Below, in pieces: positions 40,588 through 50,041 of a stretch of DNA of 64,000 nucleotides. The stretch is taken from contig CAWBDD010000018.1 in the NCBI GenBank assembly GCA_963787465.1, positions 29,612 through 93,611 on the forward strand. Direction: 5' to 3'. Every line of letters starts with the position of its first letter. The first letter of the stretch is position 1. The position numbers and the translations under genes are program-made. Under the pieces are notes generated by a model. That model was given only the letters and a program-made list of their open reading frames with translations. It was not told where the DNA came from and did no database searches. Source of the DNA: an uncultured Thermoplasmata archaeon (lineage in GTDB: Archaea > Thermoplasmatota > Thermoplasmata > UBA10834).

Positions 40588-41391
40588 ATGACGGCGGATG
40601 GGAGCAGGACAGGGGACATAATCAACACATTCGGGACGAGCCTGGGAGAGCCCGCAATCGCGGTAGTGGGTTGTGGCGGGGCCGGGTCGAACATCGTGCA
40701 CGGGATATACTGGAACTCGAGCAGGATCGACACGGTAGCCGTGAACACCGACGAGGAGCACCTAAGGAAGGTGGACGCCCACAAGAAGGTCCTGATAGGG
40801 AAGGACGTGACCTTCGGCAAGGATGCAAGCGGGTTCCCAGAGATAGGTGAGCACTGCGCTGACAAGGCAAGAGAGGTCATCAGAGAGGCCCTGAAAGGCT
40901 ACGACATCGTCTTCGTCGTGGCAGGGATGGGCGGCGGCACCGGTACAGGCGTCGCACCCGTGGTGGCCGCGGCCGCGAAGGATGTCAACGCCGTAGCATT
41001 CGCGATACCGATCATGCCCTTCGAGGTCGAAGGGGCCAACAGGCTTCAGAGGGCGAACGAGGGCCTGGCCAAGCTCAGGGAGGTCGCACACCACACGGTG
41101 CCCCTGGACAACAACAGGCTCATGCAGGTCGCTTCGGAGCTCTCGATGTCGGATGCGATGAAGGTCATCGACAGGAGCGTCGCCAAGCTGGTCGAGTCCG
41201 TTTCCGCGCACACGAGCTCGTATGTCAGCAGTCTCATGGCAGACATCACTGGCTACATAGAGACGGCCGAAGAGGAACCGGCGCCCATGCCTCCTACGGA
41301 GGCGCCGAGCCAGCTTGTCCATGCAGGCCTCGGGACGAACTTCGAGGAGTTCGAACCAGACCTGTACGGTCCTTCCGGCGGGTTCTTCTGA
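40588..41391 (+). CDS. short FtsZ/tubulin-like GTPase (GTPase domain only)
   Basis: Start at MTADG, with GGAGG 9 nt upstream. Tubulin-family motifs AVVGCGGAGSNIV and AGMGGGTGTG. An FtsZ-like H7 region (VPLDNNRL...MKVIDRSV). Ends about 60 aa later in an acidic, Pro-rich tail with no C-terminal domain. No continuation found in any frame downstream. Confidence 0.75.
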   Translation: MTADGSRTGDIINTFGTSLGEPAIAVVGCGGAGSNIVHGIYWNSSRIDTVAVNTDEEHLRKVDAHKKVLIGKDVTFGKDASGFPEIGEHCADKAREVIREALKGYDIVFVVAGMGGGTGTGVAPVVAAAAKDVNAVAFAIPIMPFEVEGANRLQRANEGLAKLREVAHHTVPLDNNRLMQVASELSMSDAMKVIDRSVAKLVESVSAHTSSYVSSLMADITGYIETAEEEPAPMPPTEAPSQLVHAGLGTNFEEFEPDLYGPSGGFF

Positions 41392-41572
41392 ACCAGGTCG
41401 CCCCGCGGGCACGGAAATGACGGCGCAGGCACCGCCGCCCACGCCGACTGGCCTCCTCCGCGGGGAGCAAAACGCCTTGACCCAAACTCCTTAACGATTC
41501 TCATTCGCCTGTCCAGAGGACAGATATGTTCTGACAGCAACCAAAATCAATGGCTAAGCGGTTCCAGTCCTC

Positions 41573-42673
41573 GTGAGGATAGGCTTCGTGGTCAACCCAA
41601 TCGCGGGCATGGGCGGCCCGGTCGGCCTCAAGGGCACCGATGGCGCGCGGACACTCGACCTCGCGCTGCAGCGCGGCGCACGCAAGTCCGCACCCGCAAG
41701 GGCGACCGCAGCCGCGATCGCGCTCAGGGCGCGCGGCATAGAGGCGGAGTTCCTGACATCCCCCGGAGAGATGGGGGCCGATGAGCTCAGCACCGCAGGG
41801 ATCGCGCACAAGGTCGTCACCGCGTCGACCGACCACTCCACGGCCGAGGACACCAGGGCAGCCGTCAGGGCGTTCGTCGAACGGGGTGTGGACATTGTCG
41901 TCTTCGCCGGAGGCGACGGCACGGCCAGGGACGTGCTGGAGGCATCCGGTGACAAGGTCCCCATCGTCGGCATCCCTTGCGGCGTGAAGATGCACTCCGC
42001 GGTCTTCGTGAACACCCCCTCCGAGCTGGCGGACCTCGTCCATGCGTTCGCCGCAGGCGGGGCTACCAGACAGGCTGAGGTCATGGACGTGGACGAGGAA
42101 GGCTTCAGACAGGGGATCCTCCGGGCGAGGCTGCACGGCTACGCCAAGGTCCCGGACGACCCGGCCCACGTCCAGTGTGGCAAGGAGGCGTACCGGACCT
42201 CTGGAGCGGAGGAGGAGGCGGCCGAGATAGGGCAGTACATCTCGGACGAGATGCGTCCGGGCGTCCTGTACATCTTAGGCCCCGGGAGCACGACCGCGCA
42301 CATCGCGAAGGCAATCGCGCAGGAGAAGACCCTGCTCGGTGTAGACGTATACATGGACAGGCGGCTCCTCAGGGCCGACGCGTCCGAGAAGGAGCTGCTC
42401 GACGCGCTCAAGGAGCGACGGGATGCCGTGCTAGTCGTGACCCCCATCGGCGCCCAGGGGTTCTTCTTGGGCAGGGGGAACCAGCAGGTGTCGCCCGCGG
42501 TCGTCAGAGCCGTGGGGACGGACAACATGGTCGTGGTGGCGACCCCGACGAAGCTCGCGGGGACTCCCGCGCTCAGGGTGGACAGTGGTGACCCTGCACT
42601 CGATGCGGAGCTGAAAGGCGACAGGAAGGTCGTCACCGGCTACAGACGCCGGAGGCTCGTGCGCGTCCTGTGA
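41573..42673 (+). CDS. ATP-NAD kinase-like protein (COG3199)
   Basis: 366 aa with GGDGT motif (VVFAGGDGTARDV) and MRIGFVVNPIAGMGG N-terminus. Confidence 0.65.
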   Translation: MRIGFVVNPIAGMGGPVGLKGTDGARTLDLALQRGARKSAPARATAAAIALRARGIEAEFLTSPGEMGADELSTAGIAHKVVTASTDHSTAEDTRAAVRAFVERGVDIVVFAGGDGTARDVLEASGDKVPIVGIPCGVKMHSAVFVNTPSELADLVHAFAAGGATRQAEVMDVDEEGFRQGILRARLHGYAKVPDDPAHVQCGKEAYRTSGAEEEAAEIGQYISDEMRPGVLYILGPGSTTAHIAKAIAQEKTLLGVDVYMDRRLLRADASEKELLDALKERRDAVLVVTPIGAQGFFLGRGNQQVSPAVVRAVGTDNMVVVATPTKLAGTPALRVDSGDPALDAELKGDRKVVTGYRRRRLVRVL

Positions 42674-42676
42674 CGC

Positions 42677-43572
42677 TCATACACCTGCGGTCTCGCGCTC
42701 GAGCAGGTACCGCCAGTTCTGGTCTACGGTCCTCTGGATCGCCTCGACCTCGACATCGGTCAGGTGCGAGAACCTCCCTTGGAGTTTGAGGTACTCGGAC
42801 ACTGGCAGCCCCTTGCCCTTCCTCGTGATTATGACCTTCCCGTCCTCGATCTCGTATAGCGGGAACATGTGGGTGTCCACGGCCAGCCTCGCCACCTCGA
42901 TCGAATGGGCGGGGTTCGTCTTCCAGCCTGGCGGGCATGGAGACATCGCGTGGAAGAACCTGAAGCCCTTCATGGCCTTCGCCTTATGGACCTTCTTGAC
43001 GAAGTCCTCGGGGTGAGCGACCGAAACGGTGGCTGCGTACGGGATCCTGTGGGCCTGCATGATAGCCATGATGTCCTTCTTGGGCTCGTGCTTGAAGTCG
43101 TGAGTGCTCCCCACAGGGGTCGTCGTGGTCCACGCCCCCCACGGGGTGGAGCCGCTCCTCTGTATGCCCGTGTTCATGTACGCCTCGTTGTCATACATCA
43201 CGTATATGGCGTCGGTCTTGCGCTCCGCTGCCCCCGACATGGCCTGTATGCCGATGTCGACGGTGCCGCCGTCCCCGGCGAAGCCGACGACGGTCACGTC
43301 CTTCTGACCCTTGACGTCCAGCGCGGCCCTCAGCCCGGAGATGGCCGCCCCGGTCGCCTCGAAGGCGCTGTACACAAGCGGGACCTTGAGGCAGTTGCTC
43401 GGCCAGTAGCCGGGCATGACCGCCCAGCAGCACGCGGGGATCGAAAGCACGGTCCTGTCTCCCAGGCCCTTGAGCAGATAGCGCATGACGAGGTTCGCTC
43501 CGCAGCCAGGACATCCGGTGTTCCCCGGATAGGTGAGTTCCTCCTCTGGTATGGTGGTCTTCCCCATCATCT
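42677..43572 (-). CDS. porB: pyruvate:ferredoxin oxidoreductase beta subunit
   Basis: Start MMGKTTIPEEELTYPG. TPP-binding GDGG motif (GFAGDGGTVDIG). The long ORF's 5' part is a wrong-frame extension. Confidence 0.9.
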
Positions 43573-44754
43573 CCACCTCTTTGGAAGTCCGGCGACGTCG
43601 ACCCACTCCACCTCGTTCCCCTCCGGCCTCTTCGTGACCAACATGAGGTCTTCGAAGATGCGTTCGAGTATCTTCGGGGTGATGTCCCTGCCGCCGAGCC
43701 CAGCGATGTAGTTCTTCATGACCGGCCTCTTCGGGCTCGAGTACACCGAGGCCTTGACCTCCGTGTACATCGCCCCTGCCGCCCCGAAGGTGTAGCTCCT
43801 GTCCAGCACGCCCAGCCCAGCGACCTTCGCTCCGAGGGCCTTGAACTCCTCGTGCGGGAACGGCCTGAAGGCCCTGATCCTTGCGAGCCCCACGGGGAAA
43901 CCTTTGGCCCTGAGCGAGTCGACGGCGTCCCTCGCCGTCGAAGCCACGGAGCCTGCCGCAACGAGGACGACCTCGGCATCGTCGCACCTGTAGCGCTCGA
44001 GTAGGCCCCCGTGCTCCCGCCCGAAGACCTGCTTGAACTCCTGCTCGACCCTGAGGAACCTGTCATGGGCGTCCTTCATCCCGAGCATCGCCTTGTACCT
44101 GAATTCCATGTACTGGTCTGGCCGGACCAGCGACCCGAATCCCATCGGCTTGCCCACCTCGAGCTTCAGCTCAGGCGAGTAGCTCGGGAGGAAGTCGTCC
44201 ACGATGGCCGCATCCGGGATGTCCACCGGTTCCGATGTGTGTGAGAGTATGAACGCGTCCTCGATGACCATCGCCGGGAGCATGACCCCTTTGCTCTCGC
44301 AGACCTTGTACGCCATCAGGATGGTGTCGAGGACCTCCTGGTTGCTCTGGCAGAAGAACTCCATCCAGCCGGTGTCCCTCTGGGCGACCGAGTCCATGTG
44401 GTCCACCCAGACACTCCACGGCGGTGCCATCGCCCTGCTGACATTCGTCATGACGATGGGAAGCCTCGCCCCGGACGCCCACATCAGCACCTCGTGCATG
44501 AGTGTGAGCCCGTGCGAGCTGGTCGCCGTGTATGTCCGCGCCCCGGCGATCTCCGCCGCGATGCACGCGGCCATGGCGCTGTGCTCACTCTCAACAGGCA
44601 CGAACTTCGCATTCATCTCGCCCGTCGAGACCCAGTCAGCCAGCTTCTCCACGATAGATGTCTGAGGCGTGATGGGGTAGGCGGCTATGACCTCGGCTCG
44701 CGCGAGCCTCGCGCCCCACGCTGAGGCGTAGTTGCCCGTCATGACCTTCCTCAT
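43567..44754 (-). CDS. porA: pyruvate:ferredoxin oxidoreductase alpha subunit
   Basis: Start MRKVMTGNYASAWGARLA... 395 aa. 4-nt overlap with porB. Confidence 0.9.
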   Translation of the reverse strand: MRKVMTGNYASAWGARLARAEVIAAYPITPQTSIVEKLADWVSTGEMNAKFVPVESEHSAMAACIAAEIAGARTYTATSSHGLTLMHEVLMWASGARLPIVMTNVSRAMAPPWSVWVDHMDSVAQRDTGWMEFFCQSNQEVLDTILMAYKVCESKGVMLPAMVIEDAFILSHTSEPVDIPDAAIVDDFLPSYSPELKLEVGKPMGFGSLVRPDQYMEFRYKAMLGMKDAHDRFLRVEQEFKQVFGREHGGLLERYRCDDAEVVLVAAGSVASTARDAVDSLRAKGFPVGLARIRAFRPFPHEEFKALGAKVAGLGVLDRSYTFGAAGAMYTEVKASVYSSPKRPVMKNYIAGLGGRDITPKILERIFEDLMLVTKRPEGNEVEWVDVAGLPKRWR

Positions 44755-45023
44755 TCCGTCCCCTCCTTGACCATCACTATGCACTTGGCAGGGCACTCGA
44801 ACGCGCAGATGCCGCAGCCCTTGCAGAACCTGAGGTCCACATCCGGCACGCCATCGACGAGTATTATTGCCCCGTCGGGGCAGAACTTCCAGCAGATCGT
44901 GCACTTCTTGCACTTCTCCTTGTCGACGACCGGTCTGATGACCCGCCAGTTGCCTGTGAGGTTGACCGTGCTCGGGGTGTCCGAGACCGGGGTGATCGGG
45001 AGCTCCTCGTACCCCTTCGTCAT
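44751..45023 (-). CDS. porD: pyruvate:ferredoxin oxidoreductase delta subunit (2x[4Fe-4S] ferredoxin)
   Basis: CKKCTICWKFCP and CKGCGICAFECP motifs. Confidence 0.9.
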   Translation of the reverse strand: MTKGYEELPITPVSDTPSTVNLTGNWRVIRPVVDKEKCKKCTICWKFCPDGAIILVDGVPDVDLRFCKGCGICAFECPAKCIVMVKEGTE

Positions 45024-45586
45024 GCCTTGACCTCCTTCGTGCGCTCATACGCTTCGCGCGCGGCCGCGACGTTCTCATCCTGTTTCACGGGCGCGTGCTC
45101 GCGTATGCTCGCCTGCACGGCATCCAATGAGACCGCGTCACACATCTTCGCGAAACCGCCCATGATCGCGGTGTTCACAATCGGCGTCGTGCGCGAGCCG
45201 ATCCCGTGCTTCACTGCGATCCCCGTCGCGTCTATGACGAAGTACCTGTACCTGTCCGGAAGGCCCACGAGGGGCTTGTCCTCCGGGTAGTTGATCAGCA
45301 CCGTTCCTTCTGGCTTGAGGCCCTCCAGTACGTCGACGCCCTTCAGCAAGGAGTTGTCGAGGACGACGATGTAATCGGGCTCGTAGATGCTCGACTTGTT
45401 GCGTATCGGCTTCGCATCGAACCGCGCGAACGCAGTCACTGGGGCCCCCCTCCGCTCCACGCCGAAGAACGGGAAGGACGCGACCTCGAAGCCCATCCTG
45501 AAGGCTGCCTCGGCCAAAACCTCGGAAGCGATGACCACGCCCTGGCCACCTCTCCCGTGAAACCTGACTTCAATCACCAGGCACAC
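45020..45586 (-). CDS. porG: pyruvate:ferredoxin oxidoreductase gamma subunit
   Basis: RFHGRGGQGVV motif. Operon order G-D-A-B. Confidence 0.85.
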   Translation of the reverse strand: MCLVIEVRFHGRGGQGVVIASEVLAEAAFRMGFEVASFPFFGVERRGAPVTAFARFDAKPIRNKSSIYEPDYIVVLDNSLLKGVDVLEGLKPEGTVLINYPEDKPLVGLPDRYRYFVIDATGIAVKHGIGSRTTPIVNTAIMGGFAKMCDAVSLDAVQASIREHAPVKQDENVAAAREAYERTKEVKA

Positions 45587-45729
45587 CTGTGTGCGACTAC
45601 CGTCTTATACGTATTAAGTACTCACCCACCTACAAGGTCGAGGGGACGTCCGCGTCGGCGCTGGCGCGACGCCGACCAAGGGCATGGTCGCGGAACGGTT
45701 TTACATATCACGTCCGCGATAGGTCGTCC

Positions 45730-46185
45730 GTGAAACGACCGTTCATCTCCGTGCATGTCAGGGCATTCTGTCACGAGACGGAGGACCTCGCCAAGGTGGA
45801 AGGAGCCGTCCGCAGCGTCTCTGGCGACGTCGAGCTCAGGTCCAAAAGGACTGAGGGGCACCACGGCAACCACCTGACCGTCATCGAAGGAGACTTCACT
45901 GACTCAGCCGTCGCCGAGGCGGTCCTGCGGAGGCTGAGCGACGACGACCTGAGGACCTTGGTCGACACGGCGGGGCGGCGCACGGACGAATCGTGCAACT
46001 TCTTCCTCAGACTCGACAAACAGAGGGCCTGTGGAGGCGAGGCCGTGCTCACCCATTCCGACGATGCGGTCTCGGTAAGGATCAAGGTCAGCGCGTTCCC
46101 GGCGAAGTCTGAGACCGCGGTGGCAACGGTGAGAGCGTTCATCGCCGAGGTCATGAGCACCCGGGCCGGGACTGCGGCCGGGTGA
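45730..46185 (+). CDS. UPF0201/COG1325-like small RNA-binding protein (tentative)
   Basis: GTG start VKRPFISVHVRAF..ETED. About 150 aa. The pattern resembles UPF0201. From memory only. Confidence 0.35.
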   Translation: MKRPFISVHVRAFCHETEDLAKVEGAVRSVSGDVELRSKRTEGHHGNHLTVIEGDFTDSAVAEAVLRRLSDDDLRTLVDTAGRRTDESCNFFLRLDKQRACGGEAVLTHSDDAVSVRIKVSAFPAKSETAVATVRAFIAEVMSTRAGTAAG

Positions 46186-46246
46186 GGGCCGAGCGGGTGT
46201 TCGATTCATTCTTATATCCGCCAGGCATCTCACGCATGGCAAGCAT

Positions 46247-46334
46247 GCAGGGGTAGCCAAGACCGGCCAACGGCGCAAGGCTTAGGACCTTGTCCAGCAG
46301 TGGTTCCGCGGTTCGAATCCGCGCCCCTGCACCA
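46247..46334 (+). tRNA. tRNA-Leu (anticodon TAG), CCA encoded
   Basis: Acceptor GCAGGGG/CCCCTGC. Long D loop. Anticodon arm CAAGG-CTTAGGA-CCTTG. Long variable arm (CCAGCAGTGG). T arm CGCGG-TTCGAAT-CCGCG. Discriminator A, then CCA. Confidence 0.85.
46278..46332 (+). repeat. direct repeat copy 1 (inside tRNA-Leu, anticodon arm to acceptor 3' strand)
   Basis: 55 nt identical to 46810..46864. Confidence 0.9.
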
Positions 46335-46401
46335 CTGACCACACTGAGAGGGATTTAGATGCGAAAAAACCGCGACTGCCGTGCTGTCCCCAATAGGGAT
46401 T

Positions 46402-46668
46402 CTATCTTGGGGTTCTCTTTGTCCAGATAACCAGGGACACGATGAATGCGACCGGCGCAATCAAGAGAATCGTACCAAGTATCTCTTCATTCTTGTGAAT
46501 CAGAGTAATTCCAGAGATGACGCCGAGAAACAGTGCCGTGAACGCGAGTGCGCCGATGGCGGGTGGCACGGAACCCACTTTCCTTCGCCTAATCTCGGAG
46601 GATTCGCATACCTGCAAAAACCTTCCCGTTGATGGTCCGAAACCCCCGAAGATAGACATGAATGTCAC
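46402..46668 (-). CDS. hypothetical small membrane protein (within the low-GC inter-repeat segment)
   Basis: 88 aa, two TM helices. Local GC is visibly lower than the flanks. Confidence 0.35.
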   Translation of the reverse strand: MTFMSIFGGFGPSTGRFLQVCESSEIRRRKVGSVPPAIGALAFTALFLGVISGITLIHKNEEILGTILLIAPVAFIVSLVIWTKRTPR

Positions 46669-46809
46669 AGTGATACGATTGATACGCGAGTGAATATAGG
46701 TTATCGTGGACGCCCAACTATCAGGACATGCTTTTGTTACTCAGGCGAACCTACTGTGAAGTCCACGCCGTCGGAAACGTTATCAATCGCAACCACCCTA
46801 CCAAGGGGC

Positions 46810-46864
46810 AGGCTTAGGACCTTGTCCAGCAGTGGTTCCGCGGTTCGAATCCGCGCCCCTGCAC
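46810..46864 (+). repeat. direct repeat copy 2: orphan 3' half of tRNA-Leu (att-like)
   Basis: 55/55 identity with 46278..46332. Lacks the 5' half of the tRNA, so it is not a gene. Confidence 0.9.
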
Positions 46865-46978
46865 ACCTACGATTCTCCCGACGGCCGTCAATGCTCCAGA
46901 ATGCAAGGCCAGATATCGGGAATCCCGAGAAGCATTTATAGCCGATGCCGCCGGTGCATTCTCAGCGTAGGGTGGCTC

Positions 46979-47602
46979 ATGCAGTCAGACGAGATGCCCG
47001 TGTGGATGACAAGCAGGCCCCACAGGGAGATTCCGGAGAACAGAGAACCATCGAAGGTTCCGGCAATCGCCCTGCTGTTGTTGCTCGGAGTCCTGATCGC
47101 ACTCGGCGTGTATGTGGCCTTCGAACACTCGTCAGCGTTCCACATCCTCGTGATGGCAGCGGGCGCCACACTGCTCGCGTCGGTTTACCTGAGCCGTATC
47201 CAGTGTTCATGGAAGACGGTGGGAGTGTTCATCCCTGTGGCTATTGCGGTCAACTGCGTGATGGCCTACACAGTGACTGTCATCGAGAACACCGCATCCG
47301 GGGGAGTCGCATATATCGCAGGAGTCATCTTCACCGGACTCATCGGACTCCTCCTCCTAACGAGAACGAGGGCCGTACTCTCCACACGAACCAAGGCAGC
47401 TGTGATCGGAGCGGTGGCCGTTATGTGCGCTCCCGGTCCCCTGCTGTACATGTTCGTGCCGACGGAGGGGACGCTCGGGACCGTGCCAGGATGGCTCATC
47501 CTGACGAGCGTCCCGATGATGGTCGTGCTGATGGCGGCCGCGTTCGTCCTGAGTGCTCGCCATCGGTCCGAGGTCACCATGCCTCACGACAGATGGCTCT
47601 GA
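46979..47602 (+). CDS. hypothetical polytopic membrane protein
   Basis: Start at MQSDEMPVWM (the listed ORF start at 46832 lies in the repeat). About 6 TM helices. Confidence 0.5.
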   Translation: MQSDEMPVWMTSRPHREIPENREPSKVPAIALLLLLGVLIALGVYVAFEHSSAFHILVMAAGATLLASVYLSRIQCSWKTVGVFIPVAIAVNCVMAYTVTVIENTASGGVAYIAGVIFTGLIGLLLLTRTRAVLSTRTKAAVIGAVAVMCAPGPLLYMFVPTEGTLGTVPGWLILTSVPMMVVLMAAAFVLSARHRSEVTMPHDRWL

Positions 47603-47694
47603 TTTCAGCGACGCTGATCCGTCGAGCGCACCTCTGAGACGCGATGACGTGCGGGAGGCCCCGTCGAAGCGACGGGCGTGTCACTTGCTGCTCT

Positions 47695-47952
47695 TCATGG
47701 CCCTTTCGTCGAGCTCTTCGCGTCTCCCCTGCGGACGAACTCGAGGCAGCCTGCCTCGTACTCCTGGGCCGACAGGAACTTCCTGTACGTCCCCTGAGGG
47801 AAGCAGCCCCTCTGGTTCCCCCTGACCGACAGCCAGGCGCAGTGTCGGCAGGTCCGTCCGTCCCGTTTCCTGACCTCCGAGAGGAAGGCCAACTCGTCCT
47901 TGGTGTATCCCTCATCATCCTGCGGGGCCATGGAGGGTAATACGTTGCGCAC
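47695..47952 (-). CDS. hypothetical Cys-containing small protein
   Basis: 85 aa. CRHC..C..C cysteines. Confidence 0.35.
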   Translation of the reverse strand: MRNVLPSMAPQDDEGYTKDELAFLSEVRKRDGRTCRHCAWLSVRGNQRGCFPQGTYRKFLSAQEYEAGCLEFVRRGDAKSSTKGP

Positions 47953-48015
47953 GCACTCAAGCTTTCCGCTGGGGCCAGCCCTCAGATTATATAGCCGCCG
48001 CGCAATCAGCCCAAT

Positions 48016-48381
48016 GTGAAGTTCACTTACTGTCCCAGGTGCAAAGAGCTCAGGACCAAGCCCTGGTACGCACTCAAGGACAGGTGCGCCAGGTGCGCGG
48101 GCGACGTCGTCCTCATCCCCATACCGCCTGCGGCGATGACATACGCCGTCTACGCCCTCGTCGGGATATGCTTCGTGCTGGTCTACTACGGATCAAAGGC
48201 AGACGACAAGCTCATGGTCTATGCAGCGCTCGCAGGAGTTGTGGCCGCGATGGTCCTCCAGTTCCTCGAACTCTCGAGAGGAGAGAAGTACGCAAGGACG
48301 AGGATCAAGCCGACCAAGTCAGACGCCGCCGCCCTGAAGAAGAAGGGATGGGTCAAGGACGAGCACGGCAAGGTAGCCTGA
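48016..48381 (+). CDS. zinc-ribbon membrane protein
   Basis: CPRC...CARC ribbon followed by two TM helices. Confidence 0.45.
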   Translation: MKFTYCPRCKELRTKPWYALKDRCARCAGDVVLIPIPPAAMTYAVYALVGICFVLVYYGSKADDKLMVYAALAGVVAAMVLQFLELSRGEKYARTRIKPTKSDAAALKKKGWVKDEHGKVA

Positions 48382-48870
48382 CCCTCCGACACCCGGGAAC
48401 TCCTGAGTCGCCGACACCCTGACATCGCTGGCCGCGGGCGACCGTTCGATTCTGAGGACCGTCTGTCCACCATCCACCGTGTCGATCACCTGCAGATGCG
48501 GGGACAGCCCGGGGGCGACTATCTTCTCAAGCATGGCCAACAGCACGATGTCCAGCTCCTCGAACGAGGAGGGGGCAGCGCCCTGGCTTATCCAGCACGC
48601 TTCGGCCATCAGGCAATCCGCGACCGGCTCGCATCCGGCGATCGTCAGCCCGTCCCAGAGCTCGATCTCGGCCCCGACCGACGCTCTCAGGAAGACCCTC
48701 AGGACCTCTGCGGGGTCGCCGGCGCCATCCGCATCCCCCAGTGGGTCAAGAGGCTGGCTCCTTGAGTACGAGAGCAGCACGGACGAGGCTAGCATCGCGA
48801 CGGCGAAGAACACCATCGCATCCATCAGGGCCAGCTGCCCGCCTCTGCCGAACCTGCGCCTACCAGACAA
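48319..48870 (-). CDS. putative class III signal peptide (prepilin-like) protein
   Basis: N-terminus MSGRRRFGRGGQLALMDAMVFFAVAMLASSVLL resembles a TadE/archaeal prepilin signal (basic residues, G-Q, then a hydrophobic helix). Confidence 0.4.
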   Translation of the reverse strand: MSGRRRFGRGGQLALMDAMVFFAVAMLASSVLLSYSRSQPLDPLGDADGAGDPAEVLRVFLRASVGAEIELWDGLTIAGCEPVADCLMAEACWISQGAAPSSFEELDIVLLAMLEKIVAPGLSPHLQVIDTVDGGQTVLRIERSPAASDVRVSATQEFPGVGGSGYLAVLVLDPSLLLQGGGV

Positions 48871-49399
48871 TCACAGTCACCTCCACGACGACCACCGTCC
48901 CGTCGTCGTCCAGAGCGTCCGCGAGGCGCGAGCAGCAGCCGGCAGCATCCGGGCGCTCCGTCGGGAGGGACCCCCATGAGAGGAGCGTGTCCGCCGTCGG
49001 ATAGACGGACCGCACCGTCACGAACGAGCTAGTGCAATCACCGGCGAGGGGCTGCAGGCAGTCCGATATGTTGAGCGACCTCAGCCCCGAGACGGTCGGG
49101 ATGTCCGCCACGCATGCCACGTCGAGGATCCCTTCGGCGAACAGCTCGGCCCGGTGCTCGAGTTCCGGTCCGGGCACGCCCTGGGCATCCTGGGTCGCGT
49201 TCACCGCAGACACCACCAGCATGCAGACCCCGGCCAGAACGAACATCAACACCGGCAGGTCCTCCGCGAATCCACCGACAGCGGCCTCGTCGCTCCTCAC
49301 GGTACAGAGACAGGCTGCGCGTCGGCCTACTAGTCGACCGCTACATGTAGCATTCAACCGCCCCCACGATACAAGAACCCTCGAACACGATTGAGCCAA
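48860..49399 (-). CDS. putative prepilin-like/pilus accessory protein
   Basis: Hydrophobic N-terminal helix after GGFAEDLPVLMFVLAGV. Start uncertain. Confidence 0.3.
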   Translation of the reverse strand: MAQSCSRVLVSWGRLNATCSGRLVGRRAACLCTVRSDEAAVGGFAEDLPVLMFVLAGVCMLVVSAVNATQDAQGVPGPELEHRAELFAEGILDVACVADIPTVSGLRSLNISDCLQPLAGDCTSSFVTVRSVYPTADTLLSWGSLPTERPDAAGCCSRLADALDDDGTVVVVEVTVIVW

Positions 49400-49401
49400 A
49401 C

Positions 49402-49953
49402 ATGCGACACCACATCAGGGGACCGAGCAAGAAGCTAGCCCCGACGATTGACTCAGAGACATCGTGCCCCCACACTTTCAACGACGAGGACGGGTTCGAG
49501 CTGGAGGTCGACTGCCAGGCCTGCCCCGGCGCCAGCGACCTCGGGAACAGGAGATGCGCCTCCGGCGTCACGAACATACTCGTCACGGGCGCCCTCCCTG
49601 AGGCAATCGTGCTCAAGAGGTACATCCACAAGAGGTTCAGAGGGGGGCAGGTCGACGCCTTGCGGGCCGCCGCCGAAGAACTCTGCGCCCTCAACCGCGC
49701 GATCTCTGCCGCCACCCCCCCGTCGGACAAGGAGTGTCGGACGTGTCCAGCCAGTACCAGGCGCGCGGTCGCGTCCCTCAGGGGACACCTGCTCGACGAC
49801 CCGGTTGGCTATGCCACAGGCTACGCCCGATTCTCCGACGAGCTCAGGTCCAAGGCGTCCGCCACGACATGCGCGAGGGCGCGCGCGTGCATCGACGACA
49901 CGCTCTCGGTTAGCACCCTGGAGAAGCGCAAGGGGTGTGAACGCCGTGGCTAG
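49402..49953 (+). CDS. hypothetical Cys-rich protein (possibly the N-terminal part of the downstream ATPase)
   Basis: Protein-like composition with several C-x2-C pairs. Ends 90 nt before the ATPase reading frame picks up. Confidence 0.35.
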   Translation: MRHHIRGPSKKLAPTIDSETSCPHTFNDEDGFELEVDCQACPGASDLGNRRCASGVTNILVTGALPEAIVLKRYIHKRFRGGQVDALRAAAEELCALNRAISAATPPSDKECRTCPASTRRAVASLRGHLLDDPVGYATGYARFSDELRSKASATTCARARACIDDTLSVSTLEKRKGCERRG

Positions 49954-50041
49954 GTCTGCGCCGCCGAGGATACTCGGGACCGCGGTCCCCGCGCCAACGC
50001 CGCCAAGGAACGGACGCCCCCACCGGCCGGTCGCGGTCACC

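Noticed and set aside
46810-46864. Second tRNA-Leu gene.
   Set aside because: Only the 3' 55 nt (anticodon arm onward) are present. No acceptor 5' strand or D arm exists upstream. It is an att-like partial duplicate, not a tRNA.
49448-50040. First about 200 aa of ORF 49448..50770 (Pro/Arg/Ser/Thr-rich) as an N-terminal extension of the secretion ATPase.
   Set aside because: Composition is wrong-frame-like. It overlaps the protein-like ORF 49402..49953 in another frame. ATPase-like sequence only begins near 50040.
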